Assembly: GCA_963666985.2 (NCBI GenBank)
Contig: CAXXIA010000002.1
Location: 640,001 to 704,000, forward strand
Reading direction: 5' to 3'
DNA length: 64,000 nt
Origin: Spirochaetia bacterium
GTDB taxonomy: Bacteria > Spirochaetota > Spirochaetia > DSM-2461
Positions 48,009 through 57,591 of this stretch are shown in pieces (positions within the stretch are counted from its first letter, which is position 1; every line of letters starts with the position of its first letter). The notes below the pieces were generated by a model that was given only the letters and a program-made list of their open reading frames with translations, ran no database searches and had not been told where the DNA came from. The position numbers and the translations under genes are program-made.

Positions 48009-48893
48009 TCAGGCTCTCGGATTTTCAAGATATTCCGCGGATTGCTTTCGCAGCTTCTCCAATTTTTCTCTCGGCTCGCCGGTATCCGGCTCTGTTCCTA
48101 TCGCTTTAGGATCGTACCCGCCTTCAAGAACGGCCGACTTCAAAAAACGCGGGATAATGGCCTTTTGAGGACAGCCATAAACGCAGCGCATGCACCATTG
48201 ACAGTTCCAGCCGAAAGAAACACGGCCGTTCCGATCCTTTGTGATATTCTCCATCGGACATCTTTTTACGCAAAGACCGCAGCCGTTGCAATTCTCATTC
48301 GCCTTTAACAGGCGTCCCCAAAGACGCGCACCGAACTGATCCTCATGAAACGAAACGAATGAAGTCATCGCGTTCAACAGAGGCCTTTTCGGAAGTCGGC
48401 GCTTCTCTCCCGCCGCGACGGCTTCGGCGGCATCGGCGCATTTAGCCGGAAGAACCCGCATCAAGTCCCTGGTAAAATCATCCGGGAAACGGACCAGCCA
48501 ATTCGATCCCATCTTCAAAATTCTTACATACGGAACTTCATATCCCCTGCGGACCAAAAGCCTTGAGATCTTACCTGCGGCGGCCGAATTCACATCAACC
48601 TCACCGCCGGCCGCGCTGAGCAGAAGAAAAAATCGCCGGCCTTCCCCTTTGGGAAGACTCCTCACCCAGTCGATAACACTTCTCGGTGCCCCGAATCCCA
48701 ATACCGGATAGAATAGTCCGATCAAATCCGCCTCCGCATCGATTCGATCGAAACCTGTTTCCTCTCCTCCGCCGGAAAGAGTCTTGATTTCGGTTTCCAA
48801 ACCAAACCGAACGGCCTGACGCTCAAACTCCCGGGCCGCCATCAACGTATTTCCCGTACCCGAAAACACGTAAAGAGGCACGTTCTTAGCCAT
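48009..48893 (-). CDS. EFR1-type flavodoxin-like / 4Fe-4S ferredoxin fusion
   Basis: FSGTGNT, CNGCGLCVKRCP and CQWCMRCVYGCP. GGAGG RBS. Confidence 0.85.
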   Translation of the reverse strand: MAKNVPLYVFSGTGNTLMAAREFERQAVRFGLETEIKTLSGGGEETGFDRIDAEADLIGLFYPVLGFGAPRSVIDWVRSLPKGEGRRFFLLLSAAGGEVDVNSAAAGKISRLLVRRGYEVPYVRILKMGSNWLVRFPDDFTRDLMRVLPAKCADAAEAVAAGEKRRLPKRPLLNAMTSFVSFHEDQFGARLWGRLLKANENCNGCGLCVKRCPMENITKDRNGRVSFGWNCQWCMRCVYGCPQKAIIPRFLKSAVLEGGYDPKAIGTEPDTGEPREKLEKLRKQSAEYLENPRA

Positions 48894-48940
48894 ATCCACC
48901 TCCAAAAGACCGTTATCGGACTCAATCGATTTTATTTTAT

Positions 48941-48952
48941 CTGACCGGTCAG
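48941..48952. promoter_or_regulatory. Candidate TetR operator
   Basis: Perfect palindrome CTGACCGGTCAG flanked by ATTTTA/TAAAAT, 48 nt upstream of the EFR1-TetR unit. Confidence 0.55.
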
Positions 48953-49102
48953 TTTAAAATATAATCCCATTTGCAAAAAAATAAAGAGTTTTCGGCGTCG
49001 AAATTGTTATCAAGCGGTTAAAAATCAGGGAAACGCCTCAAAGCGAATCTCCGTGATGCCAAACCCTTGACCAAAAATCATCATGCCGTTAGGTTGTTTC
49101 AA

Positions 49103-49195
49103 ATGACACGAATCATCGATTCGACAGCTTCCATCCTCCGGAATCTCCTACTCGCTCTACAAAGGCCCGCCGGGACCGAAGGATCGGATGCATGA
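49103..49195 (+). CDS. Leu operon leader peptide (MTRIIDSTASILRNLLLALQRPAGTEGSDA)
   Basis: 30-aa ORF with a CTC CTA CTC GCT CTA Leu cluster. Preceded by TTGACC-17-TAGGTT (49067-49095) and followed by a terminator, upstream of leuA. Confidence 0.85.
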   Translation: MTRIIDSTASILRNLLLALQRPAGTEGSDA

Positions 49196-49231
49196 ATCGC
49201 TGAAAAGCGACTCATCAGGATTGGGAATTAC

Positions 49232-49268
49232 AGCCCGCCGCCGAACCTTCGGCGGCGGGCTTTTTTTT
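49232..49268 (+). terminator. Attenuator terminator of the leuA leader
   Basis: AGCCCGCCGCCGAA-CC-TTCGGCGGCGGGCT ending in a run of 8 T. Confidence 0.9.
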
Positions 49269-49439
49269 GGTTCCGCCGGACAAGGTTCGCCCCATTCCGG
49301 CGGATGGAATAAACGGAAATACGGATTGGGACCGTGATGTCCGAAGAGTCACGGCCTATGCCGTTCGGTCCGAATTGGGCCGACAAATCAAAACGAAACG
49401 GACGGGGAAAAAGTCCCCGAAAAAAAACAAGGAGCGAAC

Positions 49440-51101
49440 ATGCCGAAGTACACCCCTTTTAAAACAGTGAATCTCCCGGACCGCACCTGGCCGGATAAAG
49501 TGATCGATTTCGCGCCGCAGTGGTGCAGCGTCGACTTACGCGACGGGAATCAAGCCCTGGCGATTCCCATGAGCGTTGCGGAAAAATGCGAGCTTTTCAA
49601 TCTGCTGGTAAAGGTCGGATTCAAGGAAATCGAAGTGGGATTCCCATCGGCCTCCCAAATCGATTTTGATTTTGTCCGCAAACTCATCGACGATCAGCTC
49701 ATTCCGAACGACGTCTCCATCCAAGTGCTCACGCAGTCCCGCGAGCATTTAATCCGCCGCACTTATGAGGCCGTCGACGGAGCGCCCAACGTCATCATGC
49801 ATCTTTACAACTCCACCTCGGCTCTTCAGCGCGAAATCACCTTCGGCATGAGCAAGGAAGAAATCAAAGACATCGCCGTCGAAGGCGCCAAGCTGGTCAA
49901 ACAGCTCTCAACATCCATCAAATCCAATGTCCGGATGGAATACTCGCCGGAAAGCTTCTCCGATACCGAAACCGAATACGCCCTGGAAGTCTGCGAAGCG
50001 GTTATGGAGATCTGGGGCGCCACACCGGAGAACAAAATCATCCTGAATCTGCCGAACACGGTGGAATGGATTCCGGCGAACAAGCATGCCGACCAGATTG
50101 AATGGTTCTGCCGCAATATGAAAAACCGGGACTCGGCCGTTATCAGTCTTCATACGCACAACGACCGGGGAACCGGCGTGGCCGCCTGCGAACTGGGGAT
50201 TCTGGCCGGCGCCGATCGGGTGGAAGGCACCCTTTTCGGCAACGGAGAGAGAACCGGGAACCTGGATATCGTGAACGTCGCCCTGAACCGTCTGGCCGAC
50301 GGAATCGATCCCGGACTCGATTTCTCCGATCTGCCGGAAGTCCGGCGCGTTTACGAACGGGTTACGCGGATGCCGGTTCATCCGCGGCACCCCTACGCCG
50401 GTGATTTGGTCTTCACCGCTTTTTCAGGCTCGCATCAGGACGCCATTAAGAAAGGCATGGATAAACGGGGCGGCGATGAAGCGGGTGACGCGCCGTGGAA
50501 AGTTCCCTATCTTCACATCGATCCGCAGGATATCGGCCGAACCTACGAGTCCATCGTCCGCATCAACAGTCAGAGCGGCAAAGGCGGCGTGGCCTATGTG
50601 ATGTCCCGCGAATACGGCTTTGAAATGCCCAAGAGCATGCACGCGGAGATGGGCGCCGTGGTTAATGAAATGGCGGATAAAATCGGCCGGGAACTCACTT
50701 CCGCGGAAATCTACGAAGCGTTCAACAGGGAATATTTATCCTTGAAGAAGCCGCTGGATGTGCTGGATGTTGAATTCGAATATGTTAAGAGCGATCCCCG
50801 CACGCTTCGGTGTTCGGCCAAAGTCATCTTCGAAGGGAAAACCGCCGAAGTCGAAGGTCAAGGGAACGGACCCATCAGCGCTTTCGTTCACGCGTTAAGG
50901 GACAAAGGGTATCTTCAGGCAACCCTGACGGATTTCCACGAACACTCCATCGGCAGCGGCGCCGAGACCGAGGCCGTGGGCTACATCCAGATAAAAACTC
51001 CGGACGGAAGTCTCTATTGGGGCGCCGGCATCGATTCGAATATCGATCTTGCCGGAACCAAAGCCTTTATCAGCGCCTACAACAGAAGCAGAAAAAGCTG
51101 A
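49440..51101 (+). CDS. leuA: 2-isopropylmalate synthase (fungal/actinobacterial-type)
   Basis: WCSVDLRDGNQAL, EYSPESF, HTHNDRGT, GNGERTGN, SGSHQDAIKKG and a C-terminal regulatory domain (GNGPI). Confidence 0.96.
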   Translation: MPKYTPFKTVNLPDRTWPDKVIDFAPQWCSVDLRDGNQALAIPMSVAEKCELFNLLVKVGFKEIEVGFPSASQIDFDFVRKLIDDQLIPNDVSIQVLTQSREHLIRRTYEAVDGAPNVIMHLYNSTSALQREITFGMSKEEIKDIAVEGAKLVKQLSTSIKSNVRMEYSPESFSDTETEYALEVCEAVMEIWGATPENKIILNLPNTVEWIPANKHADQIEWFCRNMKNRDSAVISLHTHNDRGTGVAACELGILAGADRVEGTLFGNGERTGNLDIVNVALNRLADGIDPGLDFSDLPEVRRVYERVTRMPVHPRHPYAGDLVFTAFSGSHQDAIKKGMDKRGGDEAGDAPWKVPYLHIDPQDIGRTYESIVRINSQSGKGGVAYVMSREYGFEMPKSMHAEMGAVVNEMADKIGRELTSAEIYEAFNREYLSLKKPLDVLDVEFEYVKSDPRTLRCSAKVIFEGKTAEVEGQGNGPISAFVHALRDKGYLQATLTDFHEHSIGSGAETEAVGYIQIKTPDGSLYWGAGIDSNIDLAGTKAFISAYNRSRKS

Positions 51102-51105
51102 TCGG

Positions 51106-51141
51106 ATAACCGCCTCTCGGGATATCCCGAGAGGCGGTTAT
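51106..51141. terminator. Perfect 36-bp inverted repeat after leuA (probable terminator)
   Basis: ATAACCGCCTCTCGGGATATCCCGAGAGGCGGTTAT. Confidence 0.65.
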
Positions 51142-51372
51142 TGCCGCCGGAAGCGTTCCCATCGGCGGCGCCGGGGGGAACGCTTCATCTCGGGGATTTC
51201 ATTCTCTTAAGGGGATTCGCCGATACGGCGGGGCCTTTCTCCGAAACACAGAAGAAAAAAATCAATTTTCAGCATATCTCCGGCAATTTCTCACTCTTAA
51301 TTCATCAAAAATATTATATTCTTCGATAATTCGTTCCTTCAGTGAATCCAACGTTTCCCATATTGAGCGCTC

Positions 51373-52929
51373 ATGAATTATAAATACTTGGTTGTATCCA
51401 TATTAATTCTCACGACGTTTATCAGCCTGTCACTTGCTTTTTATTCATCAAGAAAATTAAGCAATAAAATCTCATTACCATACATGCTGCTCATGATCGC
51501 AATCGCTTTATATACATCCGGTTATGCCGTTCGATTATGGAGTACAAGCCTCGCGGGAATCTTCTTGGGAATCAGAATAGTCTATATCGGGGCGGCTTTT
51601 TTAGGCCCAATCTGGCTCATTCTTGCGCTTAGGTATAGCGGCTATGATAACTTACTGAATAAATATACTTATCTTATACTTTTAGTCATCCCCATAATCA
51701 CCATAGTCATGGTGAACACAAATAATTTTCATCATTTATATTACACGGATATTGAGATACGGAAAGTCGGTCCTTTCTATCTGGCCATAACGGACGGAGG
51801 ACTTTGGCATTATGTTCATGTATTGAACAATACCATCACCATGGTCGGGGGAACCGCCGCCTACTTATCCATGGCCTATAAAACATCGGGCCGATACAGA
51901 AAACAGGCAATTCTGATGTTTATCACATCGACAATTCCTTGGATCGGATATGTGCTTTATCGGCTGGGTATAAGTTATCACCATATAGATTACATGCCGT
52001 TTACCTTTTTCTTCGTTTCACCGCTATTCGCCATTTTTCTCTTCCATTTTAAGATGTTCGACCTGGTTCCTATCGCGAGAAGTCTTGTTTTTGAAAAAAT
52101 GAGAAATCCCGTATTTGTTCTTGATAATAGAAACAGAATCGTTGATTGGAATAATGAAGCGGGAACCGTATTTGCCGAGCAAATAAACGGAGGGCTGAAA
52201 GGGAAAACGATGGATGCCGTTTTTAAATCTTTTGATGATTTACACCTTCAATTCCATACCGATTCGGATAAAAAAGCGGAGATTCGATTTCCCGGAACTA
52301 ATGGCGATAAATATTATAACTTTTTTTCAATACCGATTTATTCGAGATCAAAAGAATTAATCGGAAGAACTTTAAATTTCCAAGATATAACATCGGAAAG
52401 ATTGCTTATTGAAGAACTTCATCTTATGGCAACAACGGATGCTTTGACGGGTTTATGCAACAGAAGAAAATTTCTTGAGATTTGCGACTATGAAATTAAA
52501 AAGCATAAACGGAAGACAAATTCCCTTTCCATAATCATGATGGATCTCGATCACTTTAAAAAAATTAATGACCGATATGGACATCAAGCCGGCGACATCG
52601 TACTTCAGAATACGGCTCAATGTTTTTCCCGTATTCTCAGATCCGGCAGCACGGCGGCCCGTTACGGGGGAGAAGAATTTATTATTATCTTGCTTCCGGA
52701 AACCGATGAAGAGGGAGCTTTGATCCTGGCAGATCGATGCCGCATGAGTATTGCGGCGATGGAAATACCATATGAGAATAAGACTCTGACTATTACCGCA
52801 AGTATCGGCGTCGCTACTTCTTTCGAATTCGAAAACAACAGTATCGATACGATCATATCCAGAGCCGATAAAGCACTGTATATGGCTAAAGAAAGCGGAC
52901 GAAATCGTGTCGTTGCTTATACACCCTAA
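51373..52929 (+). CDS. Membrane diguanylate cyclase (7TM N-terminus + PAS + GGDEF)
   Basis: Seven hydrophobic helices, PAS-like VFVLD..RIVDWN, D.LTGL.NRR, DLDHFKKINDRYGH, GGEEF and ADKALY.AKESGRN. Confidence 0.92.
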   Translation: MNYKYLVVSILILTTFISLSLAFYSSRKLSNKISLPYMLLMIAIALYTSGYAVRLWSTSLAGIFLGIRIVYIGAAFLGPIWLILALRYSGYDNLLNKYTYLILLVIPIITIVMVNTNNFHHLYYTDIEIRKVGPFYLAITDGGLWHYVHVLNNTITMVGGTAAYLSMAYKTSGRYRKQAILMFITSTIPWIGYVLYRLGISYHHIDYMPFTFFFVSPLFAIFLFHFKMFDLVPIARSLVFEKMRNPVFVLDNRNRIVDWNNEAGTVFAEQINGGLKGKTMDAVFKSFDDLHLQFHTDSDKKAEIRFPGTNGDKYYNFFSIPIYSRSKELIGRTLNFQDITSERLLIEELHLMATTDALTGLCNRRKFLEICDYEIKKHKRKTNSLSIIMMDLDHFKKINDRYGHQAGDIVLQNTAQCFSRILRSGSTAARYGGEEFIIILLPETDEEGALILADRCRMSIAAMEIPYENKTLTITASIGVATSFEFENNSIDTIISRADKALYMAKESGRNRVVAYTP

Positions 52930-53053
52930 GCTTTTCGCGCCTGCCCCTCGCATCGTGTAAGAACGGATTCTCATTCTGAGAAGACACCGGAGAAAGTCTC
53001 CTGAGATTCTCTCGGCTCTTGTGAAGCGGCGCTTTTTTACGGCTTATGAAAAA

Positions 53054-53098
53054 GTTGCTCGCTATTTCGCGAAATAGCGAGCAACAACCGCTGTTGGG
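53054..53098 (+). repeat. Palindromic repeat related to the 47147 array
   Basis: 32-bp perfect palindrome GTTGCTCGCTATTTCGCGAAATAGCGAGCAAC followed by AACCGCTGTTGGG. Lies between convergent genes. Confidence 0.7.
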
Positions 53099-53113
53099 CA
53101 GACTTGAACCCAA

Positions 53114-54085
53114 TCAGCCCCGAACGGAATTCGCAAGATTTCGAGAAATCCTCTCTCGGATATCACTCGACGAATCGATTTCGAAAGAACTTCCGGTGAT
53201 CATCTCAAAAAGCCTGACGTACCGGGAAGAGAGCTCCACGACCAAATCTTCCGGTGCTTCGGGAAGAACCTCGTCGGCATAGGGGTCGCAGTTGTCCCGG
53301 AACCAGAGCCGCAGGAATTCCTTGTCGATGTTCTCAGGTTCTTTAGCGGCCGCGAAACGCTCTTCATAACCGTCGGCCAGCCAATAACGCGACGAATCCG
53401 GGGTATGGATTTCGTCGATCAGCATGATGTTCCCCTTGTCATCGGTTCCGAGTTCGTATTTGGTGTCCACGAGGATAAGACCGTGCTCCGCGGCAATCTT
53501 TTGCCCTCGTTCAAAGAGCGCGAAAACGATTCGCGACAGTTTCTCCCATACGGCTTCGCCGATCAGCCCCCGTCCGAGGATTTCTTCGGCGGAGATGGAC
53601 TCGTCATGTTCGTCGTCTTTGGTTGTGGGGGTCAGGATGGGAGAAGGAAACTTCTGGTTCTTCACCATGCCGTCGGGAAGAAGATTCCCGCAGATATTCC
53701 GCTCACCCGCCGCGTATTGAGTCCAGGCGGAGGTACTCGTGGAACCGGTGAGATAGCCGCGCATCACGAATTCAATAGGGAACACCGTACATTTTTTGGC
53801 GACGGTAACGTTCGGATCGGGAACGGAGAGAACATGATTCGGAACGATGTCCTTCGTGCGATCGAACCAGAAGGCGCTGACCTGGTTGAGGACCTGTCCC
53901 TTGAAGGGGACCTCGGCAAGGACGCGGTCGAAGGCGCTTTGACGATCGGTCGTAATCAGAATAAGCCGGTCGCCGAGGTCGAAGGTGTCCCGGACCTTGC
54001 CCTGCCGGCGGTTCGGAAGATCTAAAAAAGAGGTTTCGGCGAGACAGTTTTTAAGATTCGCGCGGATTATGTCTGAGGGAATCAT
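53114..54085 (-). CDS. purC: SAICAR synthase (long form)
   Basis: GKVRD, TDRQSAFD, RGYLTGS, LVDTKYE and DEIHTPDSSRYW. Confidence 0.96.
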   Translation of the reverse strand: MIPSDIIRANLKNCLAETSFLDLPNRRQGKVRDTFDLGDRLILITTDRQSAFDRVLAEVPFKGQVLNQVSAFWFDRTKDIVPNHVLSVPDPNVTVAKKCTVFPIEFVMRGYLTGSTSTSAWTQYAAGERNICGNLLPDGMVKNQKFPSPILTPTTKDDEHDESISAEEILGRGLIGEAVWEKLSRIVFALFERGQKIAAEHGLILVDTKYELGTDDKGNIMLIDEIHTPDSSRYWLADGYEERFAAAKEPENIDKEFLRLWFRDNCDPYADEVLPEAPEDLVVELSSRYVRLFEMITGSSFEIDSSSDIRERISRNLANSVRG

Positions 54086-54348
54086 CTGGAGGCTCCTTGT
54101 CGAAAAGCAGAATATCCCGCGGGGGATGAAAAAGTAAATGACGGGAAGGGCGGATGGGAGCCGGATATCGGCGCGGCCGCCGAGGTAAAAACGCGAATCG
54201 CGGCAAAACGGCGGGGCGATTTACCGCGGGAAGGCGGAGAATCACGATAAACGGCGGGACTCCTCAGAGATCTCTCGGGAAGCACTCCGTCAATGATGAA
54301 TCGGCCGCGGGAAAGGACAAATTCGAGAATCCGGTGTGTAATATATGT

Positions 54349-54714
54349 ATGAAAAAAATAATTCCGAAGGCGGCATTCTTCTCGGCCGCGGCATGCCTCG
54401 CGTTATCCTCCTGCTCCAGTACTTCGGCTTTGGGCTTGGCCAAGGCATCGTTCGTGAATGAAGAACTGGAAAAACTGAACGAGAGAACGGCGGAAATGGA
54501 ATCCTTGGAATCCAGGATCGATGTGCTGTCCGCTCTTGAAGAAAAAATTACAGACCTGGATGAATCCATGGCGGAAGCTCAAGCCGCCGATGAAGAATTA
54601 CGAAACATGGCCGCCGATTTCGCCGCGAGGCTGGAGGGGCTCTCCAGGGATACACTTTTGGAACTCGTCGAGGCCATCATGGAGCATGTGGAAAGTACAC
54701 CGGCGGCCGAGTAA
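54349..54714 (+). CDS. Small coiled-coil lipoprotein
   Basis: MKK...LALSSC lipobox followed by an acidic heptad-like helix. Confidence 0.7.
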   Translation: MKKIIPKAAFFSAAACLALSSCSSTSALGLAKASFVNEELEKLNERTAEMESLESRIDVLSALEEKITDLDESMAEAQAADEELRNMAADFAARLEGLSRDTLLELVEAIMEHVESTPAAE

Positions 54715-55113
54715 GAATTAAGTTTCTCCGAAAGAGTCGCCCGGAAGCGCCAAGGACCGACACCTCTATCCGCGTCAGCTCCGCCGAAGCCAGCCCGTCT
54801 TAGGGATTGCGAACAAAGCGCCGGCTTTCTCCGAAAAACAGAGTAGGGATTTCGTGCCGAAAACCCAAATCCCGGAACTCCGCATCCCAACTTTCTCCGT
54901 TATTGGGGAATACGGATGAATTGACAGGTAAGGCATTTTCCAGCGCCCCGCGCAGCAATCGAAAAAACAACGGCATGCGTCACGGGAAAAAACGGACTCA
55001 GCCGATTAGCGCATCATCAATTCGCTGAGAACTATTTTCCCGGGTTCTTGATTTCCGCCTCTTTTCCGGAGAAGCTGTTGAAAAGAATCATCACATCATC
55101 CGGAGAAACCGTA

Positions 55114-55881
55114 ATGAACCGAAACCGAATGGAGTCTCTATTCCGAATTCTCGTAACCGTATCGTCTCTTTTCGGTGTAGGCTCCCGAATCGCCGTACGG
55201 ATTCCCGGAGAATCAAGGATGGGAGCTCTGCTGTTCTTCACAATCCAGAGCAACCTGATGGTCGCTCTTTATCTGCTGATCGATATCTCCGCGGGAAGCA
55301 AACACCGGTTTGCTAAGATTGGAACCGCCGCGGGAAAAAATCGCCAAGTCCGGCCCGAGCCCGCGATCAATACCCCAAAGAACACGGCCGGCATGGGAAG
55401 AGACGGAAGCGGAAGAAAAGACAAATTGTCGGGCAATCCTCATTGGCACGCGGTTCACGGAGCCGTTCTGCTCTATATCTCAATGACCGGTCTGATCTAC
55501 AACATCATGCTCGCATCGGACATGAATGCCTCCGGATTCAATGGCGTCGTGCTGTTCGTCAACCACACGGTAACGCCCGTTCTGTTCCTTATCTTCTGGC
55601 TGCTCGGAGAGTACCGCTATTCTTATTCGCCGAAACTGATTCTTCCCTGGCTGATCTATCCCATTGTCTATCTTCTGCTCGGCAGCATCCGAGGTGCCGC
55701 CACGGGAGAATTCCGATACCCTTTTTTGGATTTTACATCCCAAAGCCCCGCCCGCTACGCCGCCGGATTGACCATGGTAACGGCATTTTTCGTTGCGGCC
55801 GCCTGGATTATTATATCCGTGAACAAATGGACAGGGAAAAAAACGGCGGGCGGGCATTTGAGCCCGACCGCCGAGAAATGA
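55114..55881 (+). CDS. Pr6Pr / FAR-17a-AIG1-like membrane protein
   Basis: FFTIQSN, H.VTP, WLIYP..Y and YPFLD motifs. GGAGA RBS. Confidence 0.8.
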   Translation: MNRNRMESLFRILVTVSSLFGVGSRIAVRIPGESRMGALLFFTIQSNLMVALYLLIDISAGSKHRFAKIGTAAGKNRQVRPEPAINTPKNTAGMGRDGSGRKDKLSGNPHWHAVHGAVLLYISMTGLIYNIMLASDMNASGFNGVVLFVNHTVTPVLFLIFWLLGEYRYSYSPKLILPWLIYPIVYLLLGSIRGAATGEFRYPFLDFTSQSPARYAAGLTMVTAFFVAAAWIIISVNKWTGKKTAGGHLSPTAEK

Positions 55882-55993
55882 AGAATATCAGCGATCCGGA
55901 ACAATCATACGCCGTACCGCCGGGTGAGGACGAAGTTTTCCCAAGAGGAAGTCTTATTCCCCGCCCAAACGGCGGATCGGCTCAAACCATGCA

Positions 55994-57376
55994 TCAGCCC
56001 CGCGTGTCTCTTCGAAGAAGCCGCCCCCTGCCCTTCTCACCGACGAATTTTCCGTTCCGAACCTGAATCTTTCCGCGAACGGTTACCGCCGAAGGCGCGC
56101 CGTCGCGCTCCATGCCTTCGAAGCCGTTGTAATCGACGTTCATACTCTGGGTTTTAACGCTGAAAACACCCTTGGCATTCGGATCGTACACAACCACATC
56201 CGCGTCCGCGCCGACTCGCAGCGTGCCCTTTTTCGGGAAAAGTCCGAACAGCCTCGCCGCGTTGGTGGAGCCTACTTCGACGAACCTTTCCAGCGACAGC
56301 GCGCCGCGGGACACGCCGTAGGTATAAAGAAGGTTGATGCGGTCCTCGATGGCCGGAATACCGTTGGGAATCTTGGTAAAATCATCCAAGCCCATGACTT
56401 TCTGATCGGCGAAATCGAAAGGAGCATGATCGGTGCCCACCGTATCCACCAGTCCGGAGGCCAAACCGTTCCACAGAGCCTCATTGTCGGCAATCGTCCG
56501 AAGCGGCGGACTCATAATGTACTTCGCACCCTCGAAATTCGGCCGCTCGGCGAACGTTTTATTTAAAATCAGATGCGGAATCACCGCTTCAACTCCGACT
56601 TTCACACCCCGCTCCCGGGCCCGCATGGCCGCCCGGAGAGATTTGGCGTTGGAAAGATGAACAATGTACCCTTCCGCGCCTGTCAGCTGCAGGAAGGTGG
56701 TGAAATGATCCACCCCGGAAGCTTCGACGAAATCCGGCCGGCTCATCTCGTGGTATTTCGGTTTCCTCTTGCCTTCCGCTAAAAACTTGGCCTGCATTTG
56801 CGCCACGGCCTCTTCGTTTTCGGTATGCGCCGTGGTAATCACGCCCTTTTTCGCGGCAAAACCAAGCAGTTTGAAAAGCTCATCATCATGCACGCCGAAG
56901 AAGTTTTTATAGGCCAGGAAAATCTTAAATGACGACATGCCGTCGGCGATGATTTTCTCCAATTGAGATTCGCTTTTTCCTTCTTCCCATTTGGTTACGC
57001 CGATGTGGAATGTGTAGTCGCAGGACGACTTTTCCGCGGCGAGTTCCCGCCAATGTTCATAGGCTTCCACAATATCCGTGTTCCGATCCGGCGCGCACAT
57101 TTCTATAAAAGCGGTTGTTCCGCCCATCAGGGCCGCCAGAGATCCGGTTTCATGGGTATCCTTGGCGAAGGTTCCCATAAAAGGCAGATGAATATGAACG
57201 TGGGGATCGATGAAGCCGGGAAAAACATACTTTCCTTCGGCATCGATTACCTCGGTTTCCGCCGAAACCTCCAGGTTCTCTCCGATGCGGGTAATGGTTT
57301 CATTCTCGCAATAAAGATCCGCCTTGCGGCGGCCGTCGAAATCAACCAGCAATCCGTTCTTAATCAGCAGAGACAT
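55994..57376 (-). CDS. hydA: Dihydropyrimidinase / D-hydantoinase
   Basis: PGFIDPHVH, SFKIFLAYK, HTEN, YIVHLS, MSPPLR, TDHAPF and KIPNG. Confidence 0.9.
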   Translation of the reverse strand: MSLLIKNGLLVDFDGRRKADLYCENETITRIGENLEVSAETEVIDAEGKYVFPGFIDPHVHIHLPFMGTFAKDTHETGSLAALMGGTTAFIEMCAPDRNTDIVEAYEHWRELAAEKSSCDYTFHIGVTKWEEGKSESQLEKIIADGMSSFKIFLAYKNFFGVHDDELFKLLGFAAKKGVITTAHTENEEAVAQMQAKFLAEGKRKPKYHEMSRPDFVEASGVDHFTTFLQLTGAEGYIVHLSNAKSLRAAMRARERGVKVGVEAVIPHLILNKTFAERPNFEGAKYIMSPPLRTIADNEALWNGLASGLVDTVGTDHAPFDFADQKVMGLDDFTKIPNGIPAIEDRINLLYTYGVSRGALSLERFVEVGSTNAARLFGLFPKKGTLRVGADADVVVYDPNAKGVFSVKTQSMNVDYNGFEGMERDGAPSAVTVRGKIQVRNGKFVGEKGRGRLLRRDTRG

Positions 57377-57591
57377 CGAAACCTCCTTTGCTTGCGGCCG
57401 TTTTCGCGGACGTCATAAAACGGCGTTCAAAGCAAGTTAGAATTACCTTAATTAGTCATATCTAATATTATATAATTATGATACCCCCCGCGCAACAGGG
57501 GCACAGGATTCTTCGTAAAATCAGGCGGAAACTTTTCCTTTTGCGGCGGCGCGGACGTTCCGCCTCGCGTTCCAAGATCCGGCTGCTTTCG

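Noticed and set aside
54086..54300. ZMP/ZTP or purine riboswitch upstream of purC
   Set aside because: No matching conserved elements seen.
57425..57450. Sigma54-like site upstream of hydA (shares CTAACTTGCT with the glnA promoter)
   Set aside because: The essential GG at -24 is missing.
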